This document shows, piece by piece, positions 18,312 to 29,359 of a stretch of 64,000 nucleotides of DNA; within the stretch, counting starts at the first letter, position 1; each line of letters begins with the position of its first letter. This DNA comes from Alphaproteobacteria bacterium (GTDB taxonomy: Bacteria > Pseudomonadota > Alphaproteobacteria > Rickettsiales > JABSSG01): the NCBI GenBank assembly GCA_030431375.1, contig JAUIIY010000007.1:4228-68227 (forward strand), written 5' to 3'. The notes under the pieces were generated by a model. That model saw only the letters and a program-made list of their open reading frames with translations, did not search any database and had not been told where the DNA came from. The position numbers were made by a program, and so were the translations under genes.

Positions 18312-19871
18312 ATGCTAGACAATATCAAAAAAGCATCTGATCATATCATTTTCAAATTACTGCTTGGCATTTTAATTTTCACTTTTGCCTTCACCGGTAT
18401 ATACGGATATATTGCAGGAAGCAGTGATGACTATGTAGCCAAAATTGGGAGTGATCACTATATTTCTACAGATGCATTTATAAAAGCTAAAAGAATACAA
18501 GTTCAAAATATCAAATCTAACTACCCACAAATTACCGATGAGCAACTAAAATTGCTCAATATCAACAAAAATATCCTTCAATCACTTGTTCTGAGAAAGC
18601 TTGTTGAGATAGAATCAAAGAATTTAGGGATATTAATTAGTGATAAAATAGTTGTTTCGGAAATTTCAAAAAATAAGTTTTTCCAGAACAAAGATGGAAA
18701 ATTTGACCCTATGCTTTTCAAAGCTTTACTAAGGAATTCTTCTATCCCAGAGAATGAATATGTAGAAAATTTAAAGAATGAAATTGCAGCCAATTTCTTA
18801 CTAGATATTTTTTCAGGAAATGTAAAGCACTCCCCTGCTCTTAACAGCAACTTGGCTAGATACCAAAATGAAAAAAGAGAAGTTACAATTGTAACCGCAA
18901 ACTCAAAGCATGACTATAATAAACAGAATGCTGAAGAAATTGAAACCTACTATAAGGGGCATCTTTCTGATTTCAGCACAGCTGAAATGAGGGATGTGGA
19001 GTATATTTATGTGCAACCAACCCATTTTAGCAATCAAGTTACCATAACTAAACAGGAAGAATCAGACGCAACTGCTCATCTCGAAAAAGATAAAAATTAC
19101 GAAGAAAATAAAAAGAATATTGTTACTCAATTAAAATTTCAAAAGATTGACCAAAAAATCATTGAGACAATACAAGAGTTAGAGGACGAAATAGCCTCTG
19201 GTGAGAATTTCCAAAAACTCGCAGAAAAATTTAAAGTAGGCTTTGGTAAGCTTACAGCTATTGCCAACAAATCGCAAAACATCCCTTCTTTCAAAGGATT
19301 CAAAAAGGAAATATTTAAAGCTGAGCTTGACCAACCTTCCGAAACATTGCAAATTGATGAAGCTAAGCCTGGATACTATATTATCAACGTCACCAAAATC
19401 ACCGAGCCAAAACCAATGCCTCTCGATGATAAAATAAAAGCAGAAATTATAAAAATCCTAACTCAAGAACACCAAGACAAACAAAATTTCAGCTATATAA
19501 AACAAGCCTTGTTTGATTATAATAAAAGTGAAGACCTCGGAAAGTTAAAGAATATCTCAACCAACATCAAGATTTTTGATAGACCTGATAACCAAACTAT
19601 GGCGATGGAAGGTCAAAATGATGCTATAATAGAGATATTTAATTTGCGCCCAAAGAAAGCTACTAAAATCTTCCCTAGTAAAAATAACTCCTATAGTTTT
19701 ATGGTCCTTAACAATATTATAAAACCTGCCAAGGCCAATGATGAAGAGTTAAAGAAAGCAAATGCTCTGCTCAATTCATATATAACTATGGCACAACAAA
19801 ATCAATTTATTGAGTATTTACAAGAAAAATATCCTGTAACTATCAGAGAAGATCTACTCGCAAAATTATGA
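18312..19871 (+). CDS. PpiD-like periplasmic chaperone (SurA N-terminal domain)
   Basis: N-terminal TM anchor, FQNKDGKFD motif, C-terminal helix ending YPV. Confidence 0.78.
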   Translation: MLDNIKKASDHIIFKLLLGILIFTFAFTGIYGYIAGSSDDYVAKIGSDHYISTDAFIKAKRIQVQNIKSNYPQITDEQLKLLNINKNILQSLVLRKLVEIESKNLGILISDKIVVSEISKNKFFQNKDGKFDPMLFKALLRNSSIPENEYVENLKNEIAANFLLDIFSGNVKHSPALNSNLARYQNEKREVTIVTANSKHDYNKQNAEEIETYYKGHLSDFSTAEMRDVEYIYVQPTHFSNQVTITKQEESDATAHLEKDKNYEENKKNIVTQLKFQKIDQKIIETIQELEDEIASGENFQKLAEKFKVGFGKLTAIANKSQNIPSFKGFKKEIFKAELDQPSETLQIDEAKPGYYIINVTKITEPKPMPLDDKIKAEIIKILTQEHQDKQNFSYIKQALFDYNKSEDLGKLKNISTNIKIFDRPDNQTMAMEGQNDAIIEIFNLRPKKATKIFPSKNNSYSFMVLNNIIKPAKANDEELKKANALLNSYITMAQQNQFIEYLQEKYPVTIREDLLAKL

Positions 19872-20437
19872 TCCTCATAATAGATAATTACGACAGTTTT
19901 ACTTATAACCTGAACGATTACCTATTGCAGCTTGGCCAAAACACTCTGATAAGGCTTAATGATAAGATTGATATTAAGAAAATCATAGAATATAGGCCTA
20001 AAGCTGTTTTAATTTCTCCTGGACCTTGCGGACCGGAGCAAGCAAAAATATCAAATGATGCATTTCATATTTGTTATGAGAAGGACATCCCCTTGCTAGG
20101 TATATGCCTAGGTATGCAGGTTATTGGATATCAGAGTGGTGCAAAAATTATCAAAGCAAAACAACCAATGCACGGAAAAATCTCAACTATTAAAAATAAC
20201 GGTCAAAATTTATTCCAGCATTTACCGGAAGAATTTAAAGTTACTAGATATCATTCCTTAGTTATAGATGAGTCGACACTTTCTGATGAATATTCCATCG
20301 ATGCAAGAAGTGAAGATAACCACACCATGGCTATATCACATAAGACTAAAAAAATATTTGGCTTACAATACCACCCTGAAAGCATTTGTAGCCAGTATGG
20401 CTTAGAGCAACTAAAGAATTTCGTGCAAATTATTTAG
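19868..20437 (+). CDS. Anthranilate/aminodeoxychorismate synthase component II (TrpG/PabA-type glutamine amidotransferase)
   Basis: IDNYDSFTYNL, ISPGP, GICLG, RYHSL, QYHPES. Confidence 0.93.
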   Translation: MILIIDNYDSFTYNLNDYLLQLGQNTLIRLNDKIDIKKIIEYRPKAVLISPGPCGPEQAKISNDAFHICYEKDIPLLGICLGMQVIGYQSGAKIIKAKQPMHGKISTIKNNGQNLFQHLPEEFKVTRYHSLVIDESTLSDEYSIDARSEDNHTMAISHKTKKIFGLQYHPESICSQYGLEQLKNFVQII

Positions 20438-20438
20438 G

Positions 20439-21113
20439 CTAACTTACAGGTGCACTAGCAGGCATTGGAGCAGCAGCTGGTAGACTATTACTTGCTGCAG
20501 AGCTCATAGATGCTGAGTTGCTACTAGAAGAAGAGGCAGGACTCGATGAAGCCATCGAAGAAGTTGAAGGATGATCAACACTCATTTTTGTATCATTATT
20601 CTTGCTCTTAGTGTTACTATCTTGAGTAGCATTTGAGTCATTATTTTTATTTAAACCTTCTAACGCATCAACTGCTTGAGATGATAATTTGGCCTTCATG
20701 TCCCTTTCAATTTGCAGAGCTTTCTTAGCTTGCGGCGAAAGTTTATTATATCTCTCTTGCGCTTCTTTTCTGGCCGTCAAAATAAATTCTCTGTAATCTT
20801 CTAGCTCTTCAAAAAGATTTTTAGGCCAAGTCGAAACTTCTTGTTGAATTTCTAATACAATTTTTCTGTCTTGATCAGACAAACCATTAATAACCTGTTG
20901 CAAAGAATCTGGTTGCTTTGCCTGCATTTGCTGATTTGTTTGCTTTTGAATTGTGGGATGAGACGAAGCAGGCATATTTGAAGATACAGCCTGATTAGCT
21001 GCTGCTGCAGAACTTCCCGTAGCTGCTGTAGCAACACTAGAATTTGTTGCACTAGCCACAGGGCTTAACGATAATACAGAACTCACAGCAAGAGATAACC
21101 AAAACTTATTCAT
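20439..21113 (-). CDS. Secreted Ser/Ala-rich hypothetical protein
   Basis: Signal-peptide-like MNKFWLSLAV..ASA from ATG 21113; low-complexity ends around a helical core. Confidence 0.7.
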   Translation of the reverse strand: MNKFWLSLAVSSVLSLSPVASATNSSVATAATGSSAAAANQAVSSNMPASSHPTIQKQTNQQMQAKQPDSLQQVINGLSDQDRKIVLEIQQEVSTWPKNLFEELEDYREFILTARKEAQERYNKLSPQAKKALQIERDMKAKLSSQAVDALEGLNKNNDSNATQDSNTKSKNNDTKMSVDHPSTSSMASSSPASSSSSNSASMSSAASNSLPAAAPMPASAPVS

Positions 21114-21266
21114 ATAATTCACCTTAAATTTAACAAATGATACAATAAAGAAATCCATTTTAGCAAGGGTATAAAACTCATAAAATTTTAATTTTTTATA
21201 TTTTAGTGCATTTTTGTCTTTTTTTGTGTATATACTTTCTCTTTGTTAACCGAGATTACAATTATT

Positions 21267-21755
21267 ATGATTAGCAAGACTATTTCTAGGCTGGCAGCGA
21301 TTCAAGTTTGTTACCAATTTGATATGGCCAAGTCTGAGGAGAATGCAGAGGACTTAAACCTTGAAAAATTTATTTTTGATATAGTTGAATATTATAAAAT
21401 CAATGAAGATTCAGCTAATCAAGAGTCGATTAATTTCGAACATGCTAATATAAATTCAAAACCAAACAAAAATTTTATATATAAATTATCTTCAAGCGTT
21501 TTTGAGAATTTAGAAAAAATAGATATTATTATTACAAAAGAATTAGAAAAAGAAGATTCAATCAGTAAAATGAACCTCCTTCTAAAAACAATTCTGAGAT
21601 GCGCAGTGTCAGAAATGTTTTTTGACAATACCCCAACTAAAGTGGTAATTGACGAATATGTTGGCCTAGCAAGGGACTTTTTCAATAATTCTGAAGTTAA
21701 TTTCACCAATGCAATTTTAGACAAAATATCAAAAAATCAAGATGCAAGAATTTAA
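21267..21755 (+). CDS. nusB: Transcription antitermination factor NusB
   Basis: SRLAAIQ, ILRCAVSE, VVIDEYV, FTNAILD; upstream of thiL. Confidence 0.9.
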   Translation: MISKTISRLAAIQVCYQFDMAKSEENAEDLNLEKFIFDIVEYYKINEDSANQESINFEHANINSKPNKNFIYKLSSSVFENLEKIDIIITKELEKEDSISKMNLLLKTILRCAVSEMFFDNTPTKVVIDEYVGLARDFFNNSEVNFTNAILDKISKNQDARI

Positions 21756-22719
21756 GATTATAGAGAAATATCTCAAACCTCTGACAAAGAACCATCCATC
21801 GGCTCTTTTACTGCAAGATGATGCCGCAGTGATTTCTCCCAAATCCAATACCCAGATTGTTTTATCCTGTGATAATTTAGTAGAAAATGTACATTTTTTG
21901 GAGAACACAACGCCGGAAAATATCGCAAAAAAACTTGCTGGCAGAAATTTATCTGATATAGCTGCAATGGGAGCTACTCCTTTATATACAATGATTTCTG
22001 CTACTCTGAATGAAAAATGTGACGAAACTTGGATAGCAGAATTTTGTCAAAGTTTGGAGAGAACAAATAATAGATATAATATTTGTGTTATCGGCGGAGA
22101 TACATCCTATCATAAAGGACCCATTAACTTGTCAATGACTGTTATTGGCGAAATAGATAAGTATAAAGCTGTAACAAGGGCAAAAGCATCAATTGATGAT
22201 GATGTTTATGTCACTGGAACAATAGGAGACGCTGCAATCGGCTTACTTGTAGCCAGAGATAATGAGTTTAACCTTACTCGTGAGAAGAAAGTTTTCTTTG
22301 AAAATAAATACCACTCCCCTGTTCCACAAATTGAAATTGGTCAAAAATTAATCAATTTCGCCAACTCAATGACTGATATATCAGATGGAATTTTGCTGGA
22401 TTTAAATAATATTGCAAGCACCTCTAATGTGGAAATTCATATTGATATCACAAAAATTCCTCTTTCTAAACATATGAAGGAGCTACAAAAAAGCTACGAT
22501 CTATATGAAAATATAATTACAGGCGGTGATGACTATGAGTTATTATTTACTGCCTCAAAAAGCTTCAAAAATGAGATAGCTGCTCTTGCAAAAGATTGTG
22601 ATGTAAAAATAACAAAGATAGGAACAGTAAAGAAAGAAGGCAACTCAGCTAAGATCTTTAACAAAAACAAAGAAGAGCTGTTCTTCACAAAAGCTGGTTA
22701 TATCCACCAAGAAGCTTAA
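21742..22719 (+). CDS. thiL: Thiamine-monophosphate kinase
   Basis: [34 protein letters not shown]. Confidence 0.95.
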   Translation: MQEFKIIEKYLKPLTKNHPSALLLQDDAAVISPKSNTQIVLSCDNLVENVHFLENTTPENIAKKLAGRNLSDIAAMGATPLYTMISATLNEKCDETWIAEFCQSLERTNNRYNICVIGGDTSYHKGPINLSMTVIGEIDKYKAVTRAKASIDDDVYVTGTIGDAAIGLLVARDNEFNLTREKKVFFENKYHSPVPQIEIGQKLINFANSMTDISDGILLDLNNIASTSNVEIHIDITKIPLSKHMKELQKSYDLYENIITGGDDYELLFTASKSFKNEIAALAKDCDVKITKIGTVKKEGNSAKIFNKNKEELFFTKAGYIHQEA

Positions 22720-24932
22720 TACAAATCAAATTTATTATTTTTAGGGAAACCAACAGGTGGCATTCTACCAATATTTGCTCTTTTTCCTAGCCACGGAAGA
22801 AGTTCCATCTCAGATCTGATTCGCTCACCTAAGCGCCATGATAAGCCATCATTTTTATCAAATATTTTAAGATCAGAGATCTTGGCTTCTTTATATTTTT
22901 GCAAAATAACCCCTCTACCCCTTTTCATATCAGGTATTTCATCCATATTGAAAATAAGTAGCTTGCGATTATTTCCTATTATAGCAACATGATCACCTTT
23001 GGCTTCTCTTGCTATATACAGACCATCATCTTTTTCTGGACTCATAACCAGCTTGCCATTTTTTGTCTGCGCGACTAAATCTTCTGATGAAACTACAAAA
23101 CCCCTACCTTTTCTTGAAGCAAGTAGATATTTTTTCCCTGCATGATGTGTAAATAAATCTACAATCTTATTTGATCCAATATCAAATAATACTCGTAAAG
23201 AATCGCCATGACCTTTTGCTCTAGGGATTTTGTCACATAATAGAGTGAAAAATTTTCCACTCTCACACGCAATAATTAGTTGGTCCGTAGTATAAGCCTT
23301 TAAAATAAAGCCAGCCTTATCACCATCTTTATATTTTACATTCGAAGAATCATAATTATGGCCTTTTACAGCTCTTATCCAACCTAAGTAGGAGCAAATT
23401 ATTGTTATAGGTTCTTTCTCAACAAAAACTTCAAAAGATAAATCAATGTTAGAATCAATTTGATTATTATCTATAACTGTCCTTCTTTTTCCTAAAGCAG
23501 TTTTTTTCCCATATTTTTCTTTTAAATAATCGAATTCTTCAGAAATCAGCCTCCATCTCAATGATTCATCAGATAACAAAGCTTTTAATTTGGCTTTTTC
23601 TGCAGTTAAGCTCTCATGCTCTTTACGAATTTCCATCTCTTCTAATTTACGTAAGGAACGGAGACGCATATTTAAAACAGCATCCACCTGTAATTCGCTG
23701 AGACTAAAGGTCTCTTGTAATTTTAATTTTGGATTTTCTTCAAAGCGGATTATCCTAATAACTTCATCTAAATTAAGATATACGATTAAAAATCCGTTTA
23801 AAATTTCTAAGCGTTTCTCAACTTTTGCAAGTTGATATCTTGCTCTTTTATTTACGATTTCTTCTCTAAATTCCAAGAAATTCTCTAATATCTCCTTCAA
23901 ATTCATCACGTTTGGAATAGAGTTTTTATCTAACATATTCATATTAGCATTAACCCTAGATTCCAAATCTGTTGTCTTAAATAAAGACTCCATTAAAATT
24001 TGTGGATCGATAGTACGAGACTTCGGCTCAAATATTATTCTAATTTGCTCAGCTGATTCATCACGTATATTATCTAAAAGCGGTAATTTCTTTGCCTTGA
24101 ATAATTCAGCAATTTTCTCGATTAATTTACTTTTTTGAACCTGAAAAGGTATTTCAGTTACAACAATTTGATATTGCCCCCTCTCCAATTCTTCTTTATG
24201 CCATTTGGCACGAACCCTAAAAGCACCTTTTCCTTTACTATATGTCTCTAGAATAGATTCCTTTGACTCTACTATTATTCCACCAGTAGGAAAATCAGGG
24301 CCTTTTACAAATTTACATAAATCTTTGACTGAACATTCACGGTTATCTATTAAATATTTAAGCGCATCACAAAGCTCATCAAGGTTATGGGGAGGGATGG
24401 ATGTGGCCATGCCAACCGCTATCCCTTCAGCTCCATTTGCAAGTATATTTGGAAATAACGCAGGAAGAACATTAGGTTCATTATCTTGGTCATCGTAATT
24501 AGGTTTGAAATCAACTGTTTCTTTATCTAAATCATTTAATAGCTCTCTGGCTATCTCAGTTAACCTTGATTCCGTATAACGCATAGCCGCAGCGCCGTCA
24601 CCATCAATGGATCCAAAATTTCCTTGCCCATCTATTAATGGATATCTTACCGTAAAGGACTGAGCATATCTAACTAACGCATCATAAATGGCAACATCAC
24701 CATGAGGATGGAATTTACCCATCACGTCACCAACTACACGCGCACATTTTTTATAACCAGATCTATGATCCAGCTTAAGTAAATACATGGAATATAAAAT
24801 ACGACGATGTACAGGCTTTAAGCCATCACGCAGATCAGGCAAAGACCTAGACATAATGGTGGATAAAGCGTAACTCAGGTAGCGCTCACCTAAGGCATCA
24901 GAAAAATCTATTTGTTCAATTTTTTCAGTCAT
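22716..24932 (-). CDS. parC: DNA topoisomerase IV subunit A
   Basis: [30 protein letters not shown]; 738 aa, no GyrA box. Confidence 0.93.
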   Translation of the reverse strand: MTEKIEQIDFSDALGERYLSYALSTIMSRSLPDLRDGLKPVHRRILYSMYLLKLDHRSGYKKCARVVGDVMGKFHPHGDVAIYDALVRYAQSFTVRYPLIDGQGNFGSIDGDGAAAMRYTESRLTEIARELLNDLDKETVDFKPNYDDQDNEPNVLPALFPNILANGAEGIAVGMATSIPPHNLDELCDALKYLIDNRECSVKDLCKFVKGPDFPTGGIIVESKESILETYSKGKGAFRVRAKWHKEELERGQYQIVVTEIPFQVQKSKLIEKIAELFKAKKLPLLDNIRDESAEQIRIIFEPKSRTIDPQILMESLFKTTDLESRVNANMNMLDKNSIPNVMNLKEILENFLEFREEIVNKRARYQLAKVEKRLEILNGFLIVYLNLDEVIRIIRFEENPKLKLQETFSLSELQVDAVLNMRLRSLRKLEEMEIRKEHESLTAEKAKLKALLSDESLRWRLISEEFDYLKEKYGKKTALGKRRTVIDNNQIDSNIDLSFEVFVEKEPITIICSYLGWIRAVKGHNYDSSNVKYKDGDKAGFILKAYTTDQLIIACESGKFFTLLCDKIPRAKGHGDSLRVLFDIGSNKIVDLFTHHAGKKYLLASRKGRGFVVSSEDLVAQTKNGKLVMSPEKDDGLYIAREAKGDHVAIIGNNRKLLIFNMDEIPDMKRGRGVILQKYKEAKISDLKIFDKNDGLSWRLGERIRSEMELLPWLGKRANIGRMPPVGFPKNNKFDLY

Positions 24933-25087
24933 TTAGCATTTTTAAGTATAAATTTCTTGCTGCAATAAGGGCAGATCACATGATCCTCCTCATGGTTTAT
25001 TTCAAGATATATTTTAGGATGACCCTCAACACCTTCTTCTCCGGAGCAAGAAACCTTTCTGGTTTTTACGTAAGTAACTTCAGTCAT
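24929..25087 (-). CDS. Zinc-finger (zf-CHCC) small protein, 52 aa, not in ORF track
   Basis: Manual translation [52 protein letters not shown]; ATGA overlap with parC. Confidence 0.88.
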   Translation of the reverse strand: MTEVTYVKTRKVSCSGEEGVEGHPKIYLEINHEEDHVICPYCSKKFILKNAK

Positions 25088-25106
25088 TCTTATGGTTTTT
25101 ATTCTA

Positions 25107-25805
25107 TTACTCGTATTCTAGTATATCTCCGTGCCTAAAGGAATCTTTTGTTAATTTTTGCACAAAAAATTCTGCAACATTTTCAGCAGATGTGATTTTT
25201 GTCTTATCTTCATTAGGCATAGCTTGATACCTAATTTTAGTGTCCATCACCCCAGGATCAAACATCGCTATTTTTAAATTAGACGTTTGATTTTCAGCAG
25301 CATAGATCTGAATCAAGTTTTTCAATGCTACTTTTGATACAGAATAAGCTCCCCAATATGCTCTTGCCTCTTCAGACGCACTGCAAGTCGTGAAGATAAC
25401 CTCAGGAGCAGATGACAACTTAAGAATTGGAGTAAAGGCTTTTATTATATGGGCATTAGCATTTAGATTTGTGTCTATGACTTTTCCCCAAATTTTTGTA
25501 TCAAAATGATCTAGAGGAGCAATTTCGCCTAACATCGCAGCACATGATATGAGCAAATCTACTTTTGCGAATTTTTGATATATCACAGATGCAAGCTCAA
25601 AAATTTTAGGGAAATCAATCAGATCTAAATGCACAATGGTTGAAGATCCACCCTTTTCTCCTATCTGATCATCTAAGCTTTCAAGTTTTTTTAGATCCTT
25701 ATCAACAATAATAAGGTGGTTATCCGAATTTGCAAGCTCAAGCGCTATATTGCGTCCCAATCCATTTGCAGCTCCAAAAATAAGAACTATCTTCTTATCT
25801 TGCAC
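25107..25805 (-). CDS. Short-chain dehydrogenase/reductase (YciK-like)
   Basis: GAANGLG, YWGAYSVSK, DPGVMDT. Confidence 0.9.
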   Translation of the reverse strand: MQDKKIVLIFGAANGLGRNIALELANSDNHLIIVDKDLKKLESLDDQIGEKGGSSTIVHLDLIDFPKIFELASVIYQKFAKVDLLISCAAMLGEIAPLDHFDTKIWGKVIDTNLNANAHIIKAFTPILKLSSAPEVIFTTCSASEEARAYWGAYSVSKVALKNLIQIYAAENQTSNLKIAMFDPGVMDTKIRYQAMPNEDKTKITSAENVAEFFVQKLTKDSFRHGDILEYE

Positions 25806-26734
25806 TAATTTTCTCCATTATTATTCTGCTTTTCTTCTTCGCTTCTAGCCTGCATACGATATTTCAGAATTTCATTTTCGACCATCATCATTAAATTATG
25901 ATATTTACGATTATTTTTCTCTATTTCCACAGGATTATCTCCATCAACCATTTTTTGATGATTATATTGGTAATATTCATGCGCTATTTTTTCTAATATC
26001 TGCGCCTTTAACTCAGGCGGTGCCGTCATATCTTGCAAAGTAATCAGATCATTGTCACTTGTTCTTTCGATTATAGTATCAGGCAAGCTATTAAGCAGTT
26101 TATTGAGAGATCTGATTTTTTCAGCTCTAGTGCTTGGTAATTCAACCTCTCCCTTCTCGTTAGTAGACTCAACGATGGATTGATTAAGTTCATTCTCAAA
26201 TGTTTGTGGTACGAATAAATTCAACAAGTCTGCCCCTCGCTTAAGCAAAATGATTGTTTCTGATTTTTTAATCCATTCTGGTACTTTAGCATCTTTATCT
26301 TTTAACTTGTCCTCATCACCAACATTTAAATTTGGCATCACCATTGTTAAAACATAAAACAAGATCGAAACTACTAAACAACCACGTAAAAAACCAAAAA
26401 CTAAACCAAACGACCTATCTAAAAGCCCTCTGGCATGCACCAGGATCCACTTATTCAAAACATGGTTTAGTAGAGCCATTAATATAGCAACGAATAAGAA
26501 AACCGACCCTACTCCAAAAACGCTCGCCATCGCCTCGCTTGCAGCCGCATCTGAGAATAGCGGAGCAAAAATAGGCCCTAACTCTATTCCCAAATAGAGA
26601 GACAAAATCCAACCAATGAAAGAGATTGTTGAACTTAAGAAACCTCGATACACCCCAAACACAGATGAAACGAACACTATAAAAAATATTAGTACGTCAA
26701 ATGACGTGAGTGATAAAATATCTATATTACCCAT
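25805..26734 (-). CDS. cvpA: CvpA family membrane protein with long C-terminal extension
   Basis: GVYRGF, LDRSFGLVFGFLRG, P.W..S. Confidence 0.85.
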   Translation of the reverse strand: MGNIDILSLTSFDVLIFFIVFVSSVFGVYRGFLSSTISFIGWILSLYLGIELGPIFAPLFSDAAASEAMASVFGVGSVFLFVAILMALLNHVLNKWILVHARGLLDRSFGLVFGFLRGCLVVSILFYVLTMVMPNLNVGDEDKLKDKDAKVPEWIKKSETIILLKRGADLLNLFVPQTFENELNQSIVESTNEKGEVELPSTRAEKIRSLNKLLNSLPDTIIERTSDNDLITLQDMTAPPELKAQILEKIAHEYYQYNHQKMVDGDNPVEIEKNNRKYHNLMMMVENEILKYRMQARSEEEKQNNNGEN

Positions 26735-26829
26735 ATAACTTGCCTTGAGTATTTATATTAACAGTATATAATTTGCTATCAAATCATAGAGTATTTGTAA
26801 ACTATTCACAAAATAATTAATTTGATAAT

Positions 26830-28287
26830 ATGAAACTAATTTCCCACCTATTCATTCTAATCGTTTTTTTCCTTAATGTTAATAGCCAAGCTGACTTTTC
26901 TGCCCAAATAACTGAGCAAACAAAAAAAGCTGTAGTGAGTGTCAAAACTATATCTAATTATTCTGCCTATGAACGTACGGGAACTTCTCAAGGAACAGGC
27001 TTTATCATTGACAAACAAAAAGGCCTGATAGTAACTAACCGCCACGTTGTAAACCCTGTTTCTACCTCCAATTATGAAATAACTTTTTATGATGGAATGG
27101 TAACTGAAGCTAAACTCAAATATTACAGCCAATGGGTTGATGTGGCGTTCTTAGAAGTAGATCCATCAATGATTCCTGCGAATGCAGCTTCTCTGAAAAT
27201 TAGTGAATCCCCTATCGAAAGCAATCAAGAAATACTTATAGTTGGCAATAATGCCGGTGAAGAATTTTCAATTCAAACTGGCACGATTTCTAGTTTATTA
27301 GATACAGACTCTTATTTAGATACTCAAAATTTTAGAATCAGCCTAAATATTAGAGGTGGGAGTAGCGGATCACCAGTTGTAAATCATCAAGGAGACTTAG
27401 TAGGTATAATACATGCTACTAGCCAAACTTCAGCATCAGCAGTATATGTAGATTATATAAAGGATTTTTATCAAGATATTATGGCTGGGAGACAAGTTCA
27501 ATTTAATAATCCAGGATTCCTTTTACAATATAAATCTCTGAATAATATTAAGAAATATAACAGCTTTCCTGAGGATTTGATTAAAGAATATAATAAGAAC
27601 TTTCCTAAAGCCATGTTCAAAGCTTTACAGATTAAATATGTTTTCTTTGATAGTAAAGCTAGCAAATATTTAAAGGCAGGTGACTTGCTTTGGAAAATCA
27701 ACGGTGAGCTTGTAGGACCAAATTTGTACAAAGCTCAAAACAAGCTAAATAACTTAAATGCATATGATGTAGAGATATTTAGAAATGGAAAAAAATATAT
27801 TTTTAAGAATATACCTACCTACCCTTCATATAAGAACAAAATAACTAAATTTATTTATTTTGGCGGCGCGAGTTTTTACGAAGCGGATGAATTCGCAAGA
27901 TTCCACTTAGGGGTCAGAAATAAATCGCTTTTAGCCAGTAATATCAGCAATAGTGGAAGTTTCAGCAATGCATTTTTAATGACTCTTGCTAAATATTATG
28001 GAACTTTCCAAGGAGATTCCGGCGATTATGTGTCACCAGTTATGCTTAACTATAATAAAGTAAAAAATCTAGAGGAGCTTGCCAAAATCATTCCGGAATT
28101 AGTAAAAAAGAAATATTTTACAACCCACTATAGATTTCATGGAACCGCCTCTACTGGCCTAAGCAAGATTTTTACTAACACTCATACTTTAAGTACAGAC
28201 ATAAAATATAATGAGCTTGACGAAAAGCCACGCCTATTTTGGTTTGATGAAAAAGAGAATATTTGGAAATCTAAAAGCATACTATGA
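26830..28287 (+). CDS. Trypsin-like serine protease (S1C/HtrA, Nma111/Deg7-like) with PDZ-like region
   Basis: Signal peptide; GTGFIID, TNRHVV (His), DVAF (Asp), GGSSGSPV (Ser). Confidence 0.88.
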   Translation: MKLISHLFILIVFFLNVNSQADFSAQITEQTKKAVVSVKTISNYSAYERTGTSQGTGFIIDKQKGLIVTNRHVVNPVSTSNYEITFYDGMVTEAKLKYYSQWVDVAFLEVDPSMIPANAASLKISESPIESNQEILIVGNNAGEEFSIQTGTISSLLDTDSYLDTQNFRISLNIRGGSSGSPVVNHQGDLVGIIHATSQTSASAVYVDYIKDFYQDIMAGRQVQFNNPGFLLQYKSLNNIKKYNSFPEDLIKEYNKNFPKAMFKALQIKYVFFDSKASKYLKAGDLLWKINGELVGPNLYKAQNKLNNLNAYDVEIFRNGKKYIFKNIPTYPSYKNKITKFIYFGGASFYEADEFARFHLGVRNKSLLASNISNSGSFSNAFLMTLAKYYGTFQGDSGDYVSPVMLNYNKVKNLEELAKIIPELVKKKYFTTHYRFHGTASTGLSKIFTNTHTLSTDIKYNELDEKPRLFWFDEKENIWKSKSIL

Positions 28288-29357
28288 AATACTTAGTTCT
28301 TTTTTTAACACTGTTATTTCACATAAATTGTTTTGCAAAAGGCAATATTATAAATGTCTATAGCTGGTCATCATATATATCACCAGAAACAATCAAAGCA
28401 TTTGAAAAAGACTTTGGCATTAAAATAAATTACGACGTATATGATAGCAATGAAATGCTTGATGCCAAACTAATAGCTGGAAAAACTGGCTATGATTTAG
28501 TATTCCCATCAGACAATCCCTTTCTCAAAAACCAAATAAGTTTAGGCATATATCAAAAACTAGATAAGGAGAAGTTACCCAACTTCAAAAATATGGATAA
28601 ATTATTTTTGAATATTATGTCTCAAGAAGATCCAGGGAATCAGTATGCCATCCCTTGGTTATGGGGCCTTACTGGAATCGGAATGAACAAAAAAGCATTA
28701 TTGGAAATAGATCCTAATGCAGATCTTAACAGCTTAGACATAATTTTTGATCCAAAATATGCAGAAAAATTCTCAAAATGTGGAATTAATTTCCTCGATT
28801 CAGCGATTGAAATCATCCCATTTGCGCTAATTTACAATGGTTTTGACCCTAATAGTAATAACCTAGAAGAACTAGAAATAGCAAAAAAAACGCTATTAAA
28901 AATCAGACCTTACATAAGAAGCTTTAACTCATCAACCTATGATGATTCTTTCGTCGATAATTCAACATGCTTAGCAATCTCTTGGTCAGGAGATTTAGTA
29001 AAAGCCGAAGAAAAACTTAAAGCCCAAGGAAAAAAAAGTGACTTGGACTTTGTTCTTCCAAAAGAAGGTTTCTTGATGTCTATTGACGCTATGGCAATAC
29101 CATCGGATGCACCAAATAAAGAAAATGTATATAAACTAGTAAATTATCTAATGAACGCTAAAGTAGCAGCTAATAATAGCAACTTTACCAAATATTTTAA
29201 TTCAAATATAGCATCTTACCCTTTCATCGACAAAACTATGATGCAAAATAAACCATCAGCCGATATTATATTAAAGGGACATAGAATAGACCCAAAATCA
29301 GCAAAAATTTTGCGAAAGATTAACCGCATTTGGACATCATTTATCACAGAAAATTAG
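28284..29357 (+). CDS. potF: Polyamine (putrescine) ABC transporter substrate-binding protein
   Basis: YSWSSYI, DVYDSNE, GYDLVFPS, WSGD, PKEG; F-G-H-I operon order. Confidence 0.88.
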   Translation: MKYLVLFLTLLFHINCFAKGNIINVYSWSSYISPETIKAFEKDFGIKINYDVYDSNEMLDAKLIAGKTGYDLVFPSDNPFLKNQISLGIYQKLDKEKLPNFKNMDKLFLNIMSQEDPGNQYAIPWLWGLTGIGMNKKALLEIDPNADLNSLDIIFDPKYAEKFSKCGINFLDSAIEIIPFALIYNGFDPNSNNLEELEIAKKTLLKIRPYIRSFNSSTYDDSFVDNSTCLAISWSGDLVKAEEKLKAQGKKSDLDFVLPKEGFLMSIDAMAIPSDAPNKENVYKLVNYLMNAKVAANNSNFTKYFNSNIASYPFIDKTMMQNKPSADIILKGHRIDPKSAKILRKINRIWTSFITEN

Positions 29358-29359
29358 AT

